A stretch of DNA of 64,000 bases. It comes from Lama guanicoe (lineage: Eukaryota). The stretch lies in assembly GCA_013239625.1 (NCBI GenBank), contig MU054323.1, forward strand, positions 4,442,214-4,506,213, written 5' to 3'. A model generated the notes under the pieces. It did not search any database and was not told the DNA's origin. It saw only the letters and a program-made list of their open reading frames with translations. This document shows, one piece after another, positions 25,251 through 39,084 of the stretch (its first letter is position 1; each line of letters begins with the position of its first letter). Both the position numbers and the translations under genes were made by a program.

Positions 25251-26699
25251 CAGAGAACTTGAGAGCACACATAAAGCTGAGCTCAGAGTCAATGCTGTCT
25301 TGTCTTCCTTGGGACGGAACGTGGCATCTAGTAGTTTGCCCGTGTAAGTGATGTCTGAAGGTGGGTAATTCTGCAAAGAGTTAGATCATAACAACCTTTT
25401 TAAAGTTAAATAAGTTATTTTCTTTTCAATCCAATCAATTCCCTCATTTGAACATTTAAGATAATTATAGGTTACAGGGAAATTATACATTATACACATG
25501 CTAAATTATAACCCATCTCCACCAATTAATATTTATTGAGCAATTAATGGGCAAAATATGCTAACTTAGGGATTCAAGACCTGAGTGTAATTAGGTATTT
25601 CGGCTGGGAAAGATTATGGCTGCATCTTCCCAAACACCCCTCCCTTCTCTCCCCAGTGCAGGTGAAGGGAAACGTAAAGATAATATGCTAACCCTTAGCT
25701 TATCTCTGAAGTTGTTTACACAGGAAAAAGAAATCAATTGCTTTAAATATTTTAGATTCTGTTTCCCAGTAACTATAACCAATGGCCATTTGTGATGGTC
25801 TTAAGAGCCAGGTGGAAGAGTGAAATGTAAAGTTCGTTTTTCATTCCACAGGGCCGCTCGTGGGTCTCTCAGATGCAGGCGCGGAGGACACCCAGTGAGG
25901 CTGACAGAGCCTGGTGCTCGCGGGCTTGGGGTCAAACGTGGTAGACAGATTGGTGACTGGTCCACTCGGGAGTGACGGTGCGATCTGGCTCAGAAAAGCA
26001 GGTTATGGTTTTGCAGAAAGTAGAAATCACAGGATGTCCATAGCTTTGCCAACAGTAAGTGAAACTTTAAAAAACAAAGTTTAGCAATTTATAAAGCATT
26101 TTGAAATCCAGAACTTAATATATAAACTGTGGAGCAGATGATTGTTTTAAAGAAATCCCTGCAAACATGTGGGAAGATATGGTAGTAGCCCAGTGATTTA
26201 GCATTTGTCAAACTCCTATGATGACTTCTCTTCGAGAAAGGGATTAACATGGAAACCTTAGGGATGACCTGAGTCTCTGTGGGCTGCTTTGGCAGGAAGA
26301 GAGAAGCGGGCAGAGGGAATTAGGGAGGGGCAGAGGCTGTCCAGAGCAGGTGTGACGGAAGCGTTGCCTTAGGTAGAAAGCACACTGACCACTGGGGCAA
26401 CCTGACAGGGAACAAATTTCCTGGCCTGAATCTCTGAATGTGAGCCATGGAGAACCCTGTTAGGAGTGTGAGTTCATTCCCTGTTTCCCTGGGATATTTC
26501 CAGTGTATGCATTTGGATGATTTTTTTTTTTAAGCCCTTACTCATCCCAGGCATCAGCTCACACAAGGGTTTTAGAAACCACTGCCTGGGATGGACTAAT
26601 TCACTCTTCAAGTCATGTACACTAGTGGGATCCTTTCTAAGCCTGTGTATTCCTTGTTCCACCCATATTTGTATTTCTGACAGCCCTAAATCACTATAG

Positions 26700-26915
26700 A
26701 TGTACACTTTTCAGAGCAGTTTCTGCTTCCCAAACTCATTCTATGAGTTTATTTCTTTGACTCTCACAATTACCAAGGGATAGGCAGAGGCTGGCCTGTT
26801 ATTGCTCAGAGATATTAAAGTACTTACTCAAGGTAATCATGGTTGTCAGGGACAGAGTCCAGAGTGGAACTCAGATTCCCAATTCCCAGGCCAATGCTTT
26901 TTCTGCTCTATGAAG
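26700..26915 (-). mobile_element. MIR SINE
   Basis: TTTGACTCTCACAAT...GCTCAGAGATATTAAAGTACTTACTCAAGGT...CAATGCTTTTTCTGCT. Confidence 0.6.
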
Positions 26916-27589
26916 GGCAATGCCATATATGGCCTGAGATTTCCAGGGAAGAGCCCGTGTCTCACTCTCTGGGTATCCCCATCACCTAGCACCCTGCTAG
27001 TCAGCATCCACGGGCTTATAGAACCAGAGGAGCGATCACAGAACTACACGTGTGGCAACCTGGACTTTGGTTCCACTGCTAAGCTTCTGTGTTACGTGGC
27101 CCCTCTCCCCTTTTAGAAACATCTCTGGTTCTTTATTTCTCTCCTATAAAGTGAGAGCAATAAGATTAGTCATGTCTCCTCAGGAATTGTAAGGACAAAT
27201 AGAATGAAAAAAATGGGGTAATAGAAAAAAGAAAAGGCTCCATATTTAAAGTAAATAGATGTGAGAATATAATGGACTTTTTTCCCAGAAAAAGCCTTAC
27301 ATGGTCATGCAGAGAGTGGTTCCCTGTATCCTTTGTTTGATCACTAATCCAGGAACCGCCCCCCACCCCAGCAAAGCCCTGAGTGCTCTTGGTCACCATT
27401 GCGACATCTCTGCATGCAAAGTGGAAAGAGGGTGTGCCTGGCCGCTTTCAGAGAGAAGGGAATGTGAGATGCAGTGGGTATCAGCCAACCAGGCTGTATC
27501 TTTTCAGAAGAAAATTGAAAGCAAGCCCCAGGCTAATGCCCACAATCCGCATTTTGGAATTGGGAAAAGCACGCGTGTGCTTGTTAGCC

Positions 27590-27617
27590 CACACACACAC
27601 ACACACACACACACACT
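27590..27617. repeat. (CA)n microsatellite
   Basis: Direct CA run. Confidence 0.95.
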
Positions 27618-28814
27618 AGCGTACGTGGACGTGGCTTCCTTTTCACTTCCTCCCTGGAACTGCTGGGTGTGCTGCGGTTTTGTCCTAGAGAAGGCGTATC
27701 TGAGTCCAGAGGAAACGCTAGCAATTTAATAGGAGATAAAGCGATCCAACACAGCTCACGCACATGAGAAAGGAAATGAGAGGCGACAGACTTGTCATGT
27801 GTCTTTAATGTAATCACAACTATATTCCAAGGATGGAGGTGTGATCTCAATTTGTATGGATGCACACGACTCTCTCATTTGAGATCGTCATTAGCGGGTT
27901 GTACACACCTTGCTGAAATGGGAATCTGCCCTGTGGACATTTAAGGCTCCTAATGTAACTAGAAAACATCAATTGTGACAGAAGGGACTGGACTGAGTCA
28001 GATCACCCACACAGCTGAGTGGCCTAATTTTCAGCGAGATTCTAAAGTCTGCCCCCGACTGAGAACAATACAGCATTCTCTCTGAACGCTGATGTTAAGC
28101 GGAAAACCCACGCCGACTGTACCGACAACAGAAGACCACGTATCTGGGGTGGGGTGCTCAGGTCACCTTCCGTCTCCTGTATATACGATTTATAAACTGG
28201 ATTTGATCCTTGTTCCTATTCTGCAGCAAAGGAAAGCTATTTACATCTTAAAGAATGTTTTTGTCACTCGTATTTCTCACTCCCCTAGATTACCACGGCT
28301 TTTTCTCTGTTTCTTATCACATTCAACCTGTCTCGTGGTTATTTGTGTCAGCGTTTCATTTTCTCCGGCAGACGGTGAACCCTTTGATATTAAGGTCCAG
28401 TTTGTAATCATCTTTGCAATCCCTCCTTGCACCTTAGCGCAGGGCCTGGGAAAGAGGCAGCCTGGGTCCGTGCCTGGCGAATTGAATTGAAACACTTCCT
28501 TCATACCTGGCAGGCAGGGCCATCCCTTTGGGTCAGAGTCTATACAGGAATTAAATTAATCAATTGGTTACTTGTTTTGTTTTCCCAGATGTTAACTCAA
28601 ATTGTGCCGTGTTTATTAGCTATGAGGGAATTCTCTTCAGGAAAACACTGTCTTACAAATTTCCAGCTTAATTTACAAGTAAGTCATATTTTCCAAACTC
28701 TAATGTTGCAAACTCCTTAATGGGTTGTGCTTATGGCTGAAAATAGATTATTCTCATCCAAACTTTATCACTAACCATAACTCAGGGATTTGGAGGATTG
28801 GTGTCATAGGGAAG

Positions 28815-29035
28815 TCACAAGAACTAGCACAGCTGAGCTCAGTTCAAATCATGTAATTCACTCATCATACGGCCTTGGGCAAGGGTCAGCCGTGGGTCTC
28901 AGCTGGTTCAGGATGAAAACAGTTATAATAATACCTGTGCTGTGCGCCTCATGGGGTTATAATAAAACCAATGAGGTGATTGGTGTGAAAATACCTGTAA
29001 CCTGCAGAGCTGTAGGTAAATAAGAGAGATTATGG
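28815..29035 (+). mobile_element. MIR SINE
   Basis: GTTCAAATC...CCTTGGGCAAG...ATAATAATACCTGTGCTGTGCGCCTCATGGGGTT. Confidence 0.7.
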
Positions 29036-29069
29036 GAAATAAAGATGGAAAGGATTAGACATGCTAATG

Positions 29070-30300
29070 TCACTGTGTAGTGTGAGTCAAGGAAGGGAGG
29101 GCTCTCACACTGAACCTAGTCTCTGTTCCCCCTAGGATTCAAACAGCCTGACAAGCCCATGAGGCAGGGCCAAAGAGGTCTAGTTGTACAAATAACCCAG
29201 GAGTTCTCTGGGAAGATAACACAATTTATGATAAGAGCACTGAATACACGCGGACGTTCCAAGGACATTGGGTGGAGGACCAGGGCAGGGGGCAACTGTG
29301 AGAGTGTGACTTATCAAGCTCTTGGCTTCCACCTCTTCCATAACCCCTAACCCCAGGGCTCTTAGGTGGAACCCTGGGAAGTAGAGGTTAAAAACAAAAA
29401 CAAGGAATAAAAGAACTGAACGAAGGAAAACAGTTCCACTGAAATCGCTGCAGGGCTGTGTGTGGTGAGGAGGCCTGTTCTGGTTCCAGTGTAACGAGGC
29501 CTTTTCCAGCCTGGTCCAGCGTGGGATGTGGAATGAGCTGAAATGCAGTATGAGTTCCAGGAGACACAGCCTGCTTTGAGTACACGGAGGCTTCAGTGCA
29601 TAGAGCAGAGGTCTCTGAGGCGGTGGCACCCGGGGCGGAGTGGCCGTGCTCAGCACCTGTTGCAGCGGAAGTGCCACGTGCCTGCGGAGGCAGCTGTGTG
29701 CCAGTGACTCTGGGAGTGATGGAGCTGGTGGCACTGCTCTGGATATCACTGTGTCCTCCTTGAGGACAGAAGGCAGCGATGGTGGTGTCCCTGAATGAGG
29801 TGGGCTTGGTATCATGTGGCAGTTTTGGCATAATTGATGGAGGCTGGAAGGAGTTGAAGCGACACCACCTCGGAGGATTGATCGAGCAGCATGGCAGCTA
29901 TAATCATTTTCGTGAACTGATAGGTGAACACCAGAAACAGCAAATACAGGAAACTGAGAGAGGGTACATGTTATGCAGGTGGTCAAGAACCAAGTCTGGG
30001 ACAGCCACGATGACATGAAAGCAGGAAGCACTGAGGGTCTACATTGCTTCAGGTAGGGAAGGATTCTGGGCCACTGGCCAATGTAGCCCCAGCAGCAGCC
30101 CATGGTAAAATCAAACAGAGGGACGTGTGTGCTGATGGCACCCAGGGAATGCTAGTGAGGAATATTAGAGCTTGGGGGCAAATTATCATCAGTGGTGAAG
30201 GGATGGGAGAATGTTCCACCTGTTTCTTCCACTTACCATCCCCCAGAACCACTGCCTTCTTGGGCCCAGGCAAGTGCCCCCTGATTGCTTAGAATTTACA
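29070..30300. other. GC-richer ~1.2-kb block, possibly an old unassigned LTR; contains the window's longest ORF (29180-30103, minus)
   Basis: TG... start and ...TTTACA end; composition differs from the flanks; no family recognised. Confidence 0.3.
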
Positions 30301-33106
30301 TTTCACAATGTTAAAACAAGATGTGTTTTAGATAATTTAGCCCCAGGAAGCTTAAGCCAGGGACAATCAAGCAGGGCTTCAGTAGCAGAGAGCACCAGGC
30401 CTCTTTATTTCTTTACACTGGGACTTCTATTTCTGAGCCAAAAAGATAACACATCTTAATAGCAAGCAGCTGAGTTAACTAGATAAAAGGTTTCATAAAC
30501 AGTTAGTGAAATCTTGAAATCAGAGAAACAGGAGATTCACAGCCTTACCTTGCTTGACTGGATCTAAATGTACATCACTGAAAGCAACACAGAATGAGAT
30601 GGTGAGATACTCAGCACTGCTCCCGCGAGCCGATACACACGGGTTTCCATTCATTCATTCATTCCACAGAGAGATATTGAACTCTGCTTCCCAGTATCCT
30701 CCTGGCTTAAGTCTGAGGATAAGAGATGCCAAAGCAATCAATCAGCTAAAATGGATCTAGTGATCTTACAAGATAACAATTACATTAAACCAATGAGTAC
30801 TTGGCACTATGAAAGGCCATCTTTCCATACCAGTTGATAGAAAATCTAAAAAGTTTAGATTCGTAAGTAAATAATGGTGCTAGGAGTTCATATGAAAATG
30901 TGAAAGGTAAGTTGACATGTAATGAAAGGACCAGGATTATAAATTATGGTGATTCTGTGGTTAAAAGGAAATGATAGGCAAACAAAAATAGAAAAACTCA
31001 ACAAAAGGGAAGAAAAGCTACTTGGTGGGAAGAAAGAGATTCAGAAGCCTTTTAGGAAATTGATTTTGGTGAAGGAAGGGGCTAGAAATGGGACTGGAGG
31101 GGCCGAGAATGTGGGGCACATGACGAGCTGTTGAGGACCTGCGAACTACTACTGGCCCCCAAATGGACCACCTATAAGCAAAAGATTTTAAATAAAGTAC
31201 AAATTCAAGAAAAGTCCAATTACTGTGGCAGCAGCTAGAAAAAGGGAATATCAAAAGGAGTATCGAGGGGAAAAATGATTGATTCCGAACAAAGGAAAAT
31301 TAAAGATCAAAAGCAAGAAGATAAAGGAGATCATACTGGTTTTGGACAAAGACTACACGCATTCAGAACCTATAAATAGATAAATAGGGAGTGATTTTCT
31401 GAAAAAGCTAATGAAATGGAGCAACAACTGAGATACGGAAAATAATGATTATGTGACGATGAAAATAAAGCCAGTCAAATGCTACCACATCAATTAAGGA
31501 AACAGCAGGCCTCCAGAGCAGAGACAAAAATTATGCAACTTCTGAAGACCCAGCATTTACAAGACAACATAAAAGAGCCAAGAGAAACATGTGCCTTTCA
31601 CTACTAATCTGCCTTTACATGAAATATTACCAAAAAAAAAAAAAACTTAAAAAAACATGAAACTTATTCAAATTGCAAAGCAAATTCTTCAAAGCCGCGT
31701 ACATTTCATCAGAGCAGATTTCACTCCGTGCTCCTGTGTGAGCTCAAGGCCACACGCCCTCATTTTTGTGGGTGACCACTCTAGGTGGTGGCACCACCTC
31801 TGTGGATGTTAAAACCCTCCAGTGAAGGCAGAAGGGCCCATGGCCTCTGTGTTCACTGAGCCCCTTTGTTGACTCTTAGCGTCCCTCAGGGCCAGAGGGA
31901 ATGCTTTGAGCCATTCCCCCTCCCAATTTCTGATACTAATGAGTAATCTGTCCACGGAGTCCGTCTCTAGACACACCTGCTGAGCACACAGTTGGATGAA
32001 CAGTTGGACTGAAGGATTCAGTGTCCCTGACGACCTCTTTCTTCCCAGTTACCAAACCAAGGAAGATACTAATGTTCTTTCTGATGTCATTAATTAGCTG
32101 TGCTTTGCTGGCTGTGAGTGGTAAAACTGAAATTGTGTTCTCAAATGTTCATTCTTTTCCTGGTTTCTCTCATTTGCTTTGACGTCTGTTTATTTCCTCT
32201 TCATCTTTAGTGCCTGGCAGAGTTCTTAGCTCACTGCCAATGTCAGTAAAGGTTTGCTGAGTGACTGGGTCTTCATGCGCTCACCTTCCTCTGTGTTGAA
32301 TCCACCACACCAACCCCTGCCTCCAACTGTCTCTTCTCTGTTGATTTTTTTCTGGGTCTTTCTTACACACTCTGTCTCCAAAAGCCATTGGGATCTCCCA
32401 GGATTTGTCTTAATTCTTTCGCTCATCCCGCTTTGTTTTCCCCCTTTATCACATCAATTTCCCTTTCCTTTTCCTGTTCTTTTAATCCTATTTATGTTTG
32501 TTTGGCTATTTTAGAAAAGTGAAACATTTCGTTTTAAGGCAGTGGAATCATTTTAAGGCATTTTAAGGCAGGGAATCATCAGAAGGCAAAAAAGCAACAG
32601 GTGCTTTTGTAAAGCCAGAGCCCCAGATCTTATTGAATTCCTCATAGGTACTTCTTTCTTGAGTATGATTTCCTAGAAACAGAGCTTCCCACAAAGCTTA
32701 TTTAAAAATAGCGAAACTCAAACTAAAATAGCGTACGTATTTATAAAACATAATATGTAACATAAATATAATATGTATCACAAATTAAACAAAACTGAAA
32801 CACAGATCTATAATTACAACCAAATATGATTTCTACCCATTTGTAATTATTTCCAATAAGATAATCCTAGCTCTCTCTTCATGCTTGTTGTCACGTCTTC
32901 TTCAACCTATCCTAAGGTTTTTAAATCTGAGTTATAAATTTCTGACGGTGGGTTTGATAACTTCAAAATATTGTATATTTACTTTGTAATTTAAAAAATT
33001 ATTCAGGCTACACATGAACACAATTTAAAGCATCAAATATTTCTTCAAAATTTCTTGTGAAAAACTGAAGTCCCTGCTGCCCTGCAAACACTTCCCACTT
33101 CTCATG

Positions 33107-33350
33107 TGTATGAGTTTTCTATTGTCATATCAAATTACCCCAAACTTAGTGGCTTAAAACAACACAGATTTATTATCTCCCAGTTCTGGATGTCAGGAAT
33201 CTGACACAGATCTCACTGGGATATAATGAAGATGTCAGTGGGCTTGCATTCCTTTCCGGAGGCTCTAGGGGAGAATCTGGTTTCTTGCTCATTCAGGTGT
33301 TGGCAGAGTTCAGTTTCACGTGGTTTTTTGATGGTTGCTGGCTGTCAGCC
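33107..33350 (-). mobile_element. MLT1 MaLR LTR fragment
   Basis: TGTATGAGTTTTCTATTG...AATTACCCCAAACTTAGTGGCTTAAAACAACACAGATTTATTATCTC...GGAGGCTCTAGGGGAGAATC. Confidence 0.85.
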
Positions 33351-33359
33351 CATGGCTGC

Positions 33360-33570
33360 GTGTGAGGACCAGGGTCTAGAACCTGATGCTGTACAGCTTT
33401 GGGCCAATTACTCAGCTTTTCTATATATTAGTTTTCTCACTTTTAAAACGAAGATGACAGTTGTTTCTATCTCATTGCTGACATGAGCAAATAAATTGGT
33501 TAATTTATATAAAGCACTTGAGACAGTGCTAAGCAGTTATTAAGTGCTCAATAAATATTAGCTACAATTT
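33360..33570 (+). mobile_element. MIR SINE
   Basis: TTTGGGCCAATTACTCAGC...TAAAGCACTTGAGACAGTG...TAAGTGCTCAATAAATATTAGCT. Confidence 0.8.
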
Positions 33571-35799
33571 TAAAACTGTATTTAGATTATTTCCCTCTGC
33601 TATTCAAGTTAAATGAGTGCTTCAGAAATATGTGCCATATTTATCCTATGTTTTCAGAGAATCAGGGTGGAACCACGCCGCAGACCCTCACACAACAGAG
33701 TTAGGAGCCAGCAGGGAAACCACAGCGTGGTCCTGCTTGGAGAGGCTGAGATGCAACAATCTGAGCCTTGCCCCACATCGCAAAGGAGCAGAGACCCACA
33801 CTCCCGCACCTTGGCCCTCCGAGCACACGGCCTTCTCCTCTCTTTAAAACACATGGATTTGGATGATCTCTGTCCCCCAAAAGAGTTCATATAATGAAAC
33901 CCCTACATCCTGCATGCCTGGATTTCGTTTTTGTTTTAGGGTTTTAAGAGGGCCCACAGTAAGGAAGAAATCCTTCTGTCTCAAGATCAACCCTGGCTCT
34001 TTGCATCATAATGTTATAATCATTATGTTGTAAGGTGTTCATTCTGTTTCCAAATTGTGGTACAGTGTTTCTTCGATTTTCAGGGGAGGCTAAAGGGGGT
34101 AAGTTTTAGACCAAATCTTGGTACCTTAGTGTTGAGGTAGGAAGTAAGGGAAAGAGAAAACAGAGGGGCTCAAAAAGGGATTAAGAAGAACTGAGATTTA
34201 ACCCAGAGTGTGTAAATTACCTCTGCTTGTCCCTTGGCAGATTTACTTTTCAATCCACGTCTGCTCTAAAAACATAAGTACTCTGGGTCCCCAAAATGCT
34301 TCTCCCTTTTCATGCCCTTTGATAATCTCATTCTCTGGGAGGCCTCAGACTGGTATGATTTGGTAAGTGTCCCTTTAACTCTCTAAGGCTAAATTCAGTG
34401 ACACCCTGTAGCAGATGGAGAGATGTTTTAAGGCGTGCCAAGGTCACGGTGCCGTCTACTCAAGTTACAGCACATGGGGCTGACACTGATCACTGACACT
34501 GAGGGTGATGTCCTTACTGCAGGTAGAAGCACGTGCCCTTCGCACTTATCTCAGCACGATGTCCACTTGAGGGGAACACTGCTCTCCCTCTGCTGTGAAA
34601 CATGTGTGTCCTTCAGGATCCCGTGCACGTGTTGTCTCTCCCAGGAAGCCTGTGCTGGCTGTCTTCTCCTCGCTCCGTCCGCGTGTTACCTGCCCTGGTT
34701 TCATGATCTTGAGCCCTATTCACCTTGTATTGTGATGGGTTAGAGTTAGGACAGGACTCGCACCAGATTCTGAGTTCGTTCGGGGCAAGGATGGCTAAAG
34801 CCATGCCAATCTGACTTGCTTAGAGAGGAGAACTACTTGGCTTGGGTCTCTCTCTCAGTCCTTAGTCCTTGGGGTCCTTCTGTGAGACCAAGCCTTAGAT
34901 TTAGGGGGAGGCAACTCTTCTGTGACGCTACTTCTTCCCTCTGCACTCGGTGGCGGTACCCTAGTGTGTTCTCACCTCCTGCCCTAACCAAATGTGCCCC
35001 TAGATCACTGCCCGACACTCCTCGGGCTTTTCTCTCTATGAATAATCTTTCACTGAAAAGGAGATAATTCTTTTTATTTTTTATTTATTTATTTTGCCGG
35101 GGAGATTTGAGGAAGCAGCGTGAACGTTTCAGAAGAAAGACATTTTTTAAGATAGGGGTTTTTGCCTTTCTGCCTGCTGCTTCTCTCTGCAGTGAGGTAG
35201 TTGTAGAGGTGGCAAAGCATAGGTCTTTGGTGGTTTCTGTTTTTCTCTTGGCCTGATATTCATCTCATGGCTTTTTTTCCCCCCAGTAAATGCTTCCCCC
35301 TTTAAAACTGGTTAACAATAGGCACCAGTAAGAGCACACCTAAAGCCTCTGTGCACACGAAATCAATGGAAAACTCACAGCAGTCCCCAAGGACTCTTTT
35401 AAAAATCACCTTGGACCCCATATCTCAGAAATAAACTAAAAGAAGGCACTAAATATCATTGCCATGCATGAGGCATTTCACTACTCGCTACTTTAATTTC
35501 AAAAAAAAAATACAGCTCTATTATAAGGAGCACATAGTCTATTATCTCTTGATAATAACCTTAAATAAATGCCAAACACAGAGGTCTAAAATTATTTCTG
35601 GCCTCATGCATCACTTATGTTCTATGTGATGGCCCTGCAATTGACTAAAAATAATGAAATGTACTCATTATGCAGAGTTTTGTGTGTGTGTTTAACTCTT
35701 CCAGACTTTGGCTCCTAGATATCCTCTCTGATAATGTTTAAGACTTTGCAAAAATGGAAGGGCCCTCAGTGAGCCAAATTATTATAAAAATGCCTTTTC

Positions 35800-36550
35800 T
35801 CTCCTTCCTTTCCTTTACCTGCCACTTCCCTTTGGTTAACAAGTCCTGTTAATTGATTGCTCCATCAGTCCTACCTAAAATCCATACCCCTTCATCATGC
35901 TCATCGTCGCCTCCATCCAGACCTTCAGACATCTCGACTGAATTTCTGGTACAGCCTTCCCGGTTTTGTCTCCAATCCCCCCATGTTATTGACGGAGTAA
36001 TTTTTTTTTAACCTGTAGACCTGAGCTTTTATACTCCTGCTTACCTTTCCAAGGTTAAAAGCTAAACGTCTCAATATTTCAAATACAAGCTTTTGTGATA
36101 CTGCTTCTGTCGGGTTCTGCTAACGTTTCGCAGCACACCCCTATAAATACTCCCCAACTCTAACCAGAGCTATAATCTTGTAGTTGCTTGAATGCTGCAT
36201 TCTGTTTCATGTGTCTGACTTCTGTTCGTTCTGTCCACCTGTCTAGAATCCCTTTCTCCTCCCTGGCTGCTTGGCTAACTCCTGGAGGTCCATCCGAAAT
36301 CACTAAGTCGTCATCATCTCCAACAAAGGCTACCGACTTTGTTTCTGAATCTAACTAAACTCCTTCCTTGGTGTTCTCATAACACCCTGTGCATAAAATA
36401 ATTCCAAACCCATCTACATGATGTCCTTGTTGCTTTCACGGGCTGCATTTTCAATCCCTTGTGGTACGGGACTCTGTCTCTATAGCCTTAGGATTTATTG
36501 TAATGTCTTTAGCACATTTTGCACTGAATTCATGTCTTTAGTGAGTTAAT
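35800..36550 (+). mobile_element. L2 3' portion
   Basis: ACTCCTGCTT...CCTGTCTAGAATCCCTTTCTCCTCCCTGG...GGCTAACTCCT L2 pattern. Confidence 0.6.
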
Positions 36551-37789
36551 GGGGCGTACTTATACTTTTAAAACTAAGTGAGAACTTATGTCTTTAGATA
36601 AACATTCTCTTTCATGAAAGAATTTCCTTGGAGATGTAAAGCATAATCAGTAAGAAAAATGCAAAACCTGATGGAAACTCCTCTTGGGGAGCTGCTCATG
36701 GAGACTCGTGACAAATCACACAAGGAAGCTGGGCTCAGGTTCATGAGAACATCGCCATGTGTAGCGGAAAACTAACGCCCGGCTTCGTCACCCAGCCTAC
36801 TCGTCAGAGTTGACTCTGAGTGACTTTTGAATGAGGGTGAATTTTATTTTTTGGCAATAAAATATATAATCTGCTGCTACTGAGAATTAAAAAAAAATCA
36901 GCTGGCTCTGAAGTTCATTCTAAAGAAGAGTTCAGACATATTCTGAGCAAAGACAACATCCTTGGAAAATATGTATTATCTCCTGTGGTGACTATTTGGA
37001 AGAACGGGTCTTGGTTTTTGCTGAAGTCCTCGCCTGCTTATTTAAGCAAGCTTGGACCAGGTAACGAAAGCCTAGAAGTTAAAGTCGGATGCTTTACACT
37101 TGACTTCTTACCCTGATGCTTGCTACTCATGTGGCTTTGGATAAGTCACTGACTTTTGGGAGGAAAAATGGATTTCAGGTTATTGTACTAAAATAAGGTC
37201 ATGGGCATTCCAGAATTGCAGTAATCAAAATGAGTATTGTTGTATAATTTATTTTTAATGAATGAGTGTCTACTATGAACTAAAATTTTTATAATTTTCC
37301 CATTAAATCCTTTCAAAAACAATTCATAGATAAGGAAACTGAAGGAAGATAAATTTCTCTCTCTCAGGGTGACACAGGTATTATAGAGTAACAAAAAGCA
37401 AAAGTTTTCACTCCGTCTGACATCATAGCTCATATTCTTGAACACTTTTTTCCCATTTCTCCAAAACTATCACCAAATCCAGACCCTCTTGCAACACGGA
37501 TTCAAAATGTTGATGAATTTGAATTTTGGACTATTTCCTTGTCAGACTGTAGTCATATAAATCAAAGTTTTTGGTGGACCTTATTGGTGAGCACCCTACC
37601 TCATATACGTAAAAATTCAACACACACGCAGACATACACACACACACACACACATGAATTTGCTCTTGACGTTCAAAAAACACTATGTAACTCCCCTGGA
37701 TTGAAAATCACTTGCCAGTCACCTTTTTGGTGATGTACCTCTACAGGGAAAGGACATCTTTCTGCAGGGCTGTCATGTGGAAGAGGGTG

Positions 37790-38050
37790 TAAACTGCCTC
37801 CGGAAGGCAGAAGTAGGGCTACTGGATAAAAGGTACGTGGAGACACTATTTCAATTTAATGTAAGAAGGAAACAGGTGGCAATCAGGGCAGCCCAACAAC
37901 AGAGCAGGCTGCCTGGTAAGGCACAGTGCTTTCTGTCACTGATAGTGTTCAAACAGGAGGTGAGAGACCTCTGTCAAGGATGCCATAGTCTCTAGCCAGG
38001 GGTGATGTTGGGCCACATGTCCTGTAAGGTCCTTACAGTCTTCAGAGCTT
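37790..38050 (+). mobile_element. L3/CR1 LINE 3' end
   Basis: TTTCAATTTAATGTAAGAAGGAA...GCAGGCTGCCTGGTAAGG...CTGTCACTGATAGTGTTCAAACAGGAGG matches recalled L3 3' consensus. Confidence 0.7.
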
Positions 38051-38379
38051 GAAATTTCATAAAGAAACCAGGACTGAGGTGACCCTTGCCATGCTCAGTG
38101 GACCATGCATCTGCCAGACCAAGTACTTGGTAACTCAGAGTGAGAAGGGCTCCGGGCAGGTCCCTCAGGACACAGACAATGGCAGAGATGACATCTCAGT
38201 GTCTCTTGTAATTTCTGTGGGATAAAGGAAGACCAACGCTTAAGTCTGTGTGCACAAATTAATCATCAAATAAAAACTCAGGAGCTTATGATTTCATTGA
38301 TATTTGTCAACATAATACTTGCATATTAACTGGACAATGGCTGCCAGAAGAGGTGTCTAAAGATTCAAATGGCTTTTCT

Positions 38380-38530
38380 TTAGTGGGTACTTACAACTCC
38401 AGTCGCTGTGTATACACTGATTTACTTAACCCCTTCAACAAAACTGTACGTATTAGCCTCATTTTAAAGATGAGGAAACTGAGGCATAGATTGCCGCGTA
38501 GTCTTCATTACCGAGAAGTGACACAATCGG
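38380..38530 (-). mobile_element. MIR SINE
   Basis: CTCATTTTAAAGATGAGGAAACTGAGGCATAGA core. Confidence 0.8.
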
Positions 38531-39084
38531 CATAAAGATTATAGGAGACAGGGTGAGAGGACGAGAAGTGTTTCTGGTAGAAAGCTGTGGAAATTTATTG
38601 CATAAAGTAATGGTTGACATGGCTTCTCAGTTCTCCCAATTCCAGAAGTTGGGGTCCACAGCTTTAGTCCCAGTTTTTCTTACCCATCACTCCCTTGATC
38701 TGGTGGTTCCATGTTTCACTGTTTGCTAGTAACCTGGGCATCTCAGCTGCTTGGTCAGGACCCATAGAAGCTCCCAGGTCGTTATGAATTTGGCTGGTTT
38801 GTATTGAAATTCACTTTCAGTCTGGTGTGTTCAATGGTCTATATTCAGCAGACAGTGGGAATCTCTGTTGAAATGATTACACCCCCATGTCAGTGAGAAT
38901 CATTGCAGTTTTGTGTCAAGGATGGTCCAGAGTGAATTTCTAATATTACCTCCTTCCCCCACATTTCCTCATATCTCCTCAAATAAACTGAGTCATTTGA
39001 GTCTGAGGTCTGGTCTTTGCGTTTAAATCTACGTTAGGCACTAATCTATAAAACCTGGTAGGTTGGTTTAAGGATCAGCAGGAA

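Noticed and set aside
38580..39060. Continuation of ERV-L pol (integrase region)
   Set aside because: Only weak resemblance by eye, so excluded from the confident ERV-L call pending tBLASTn.
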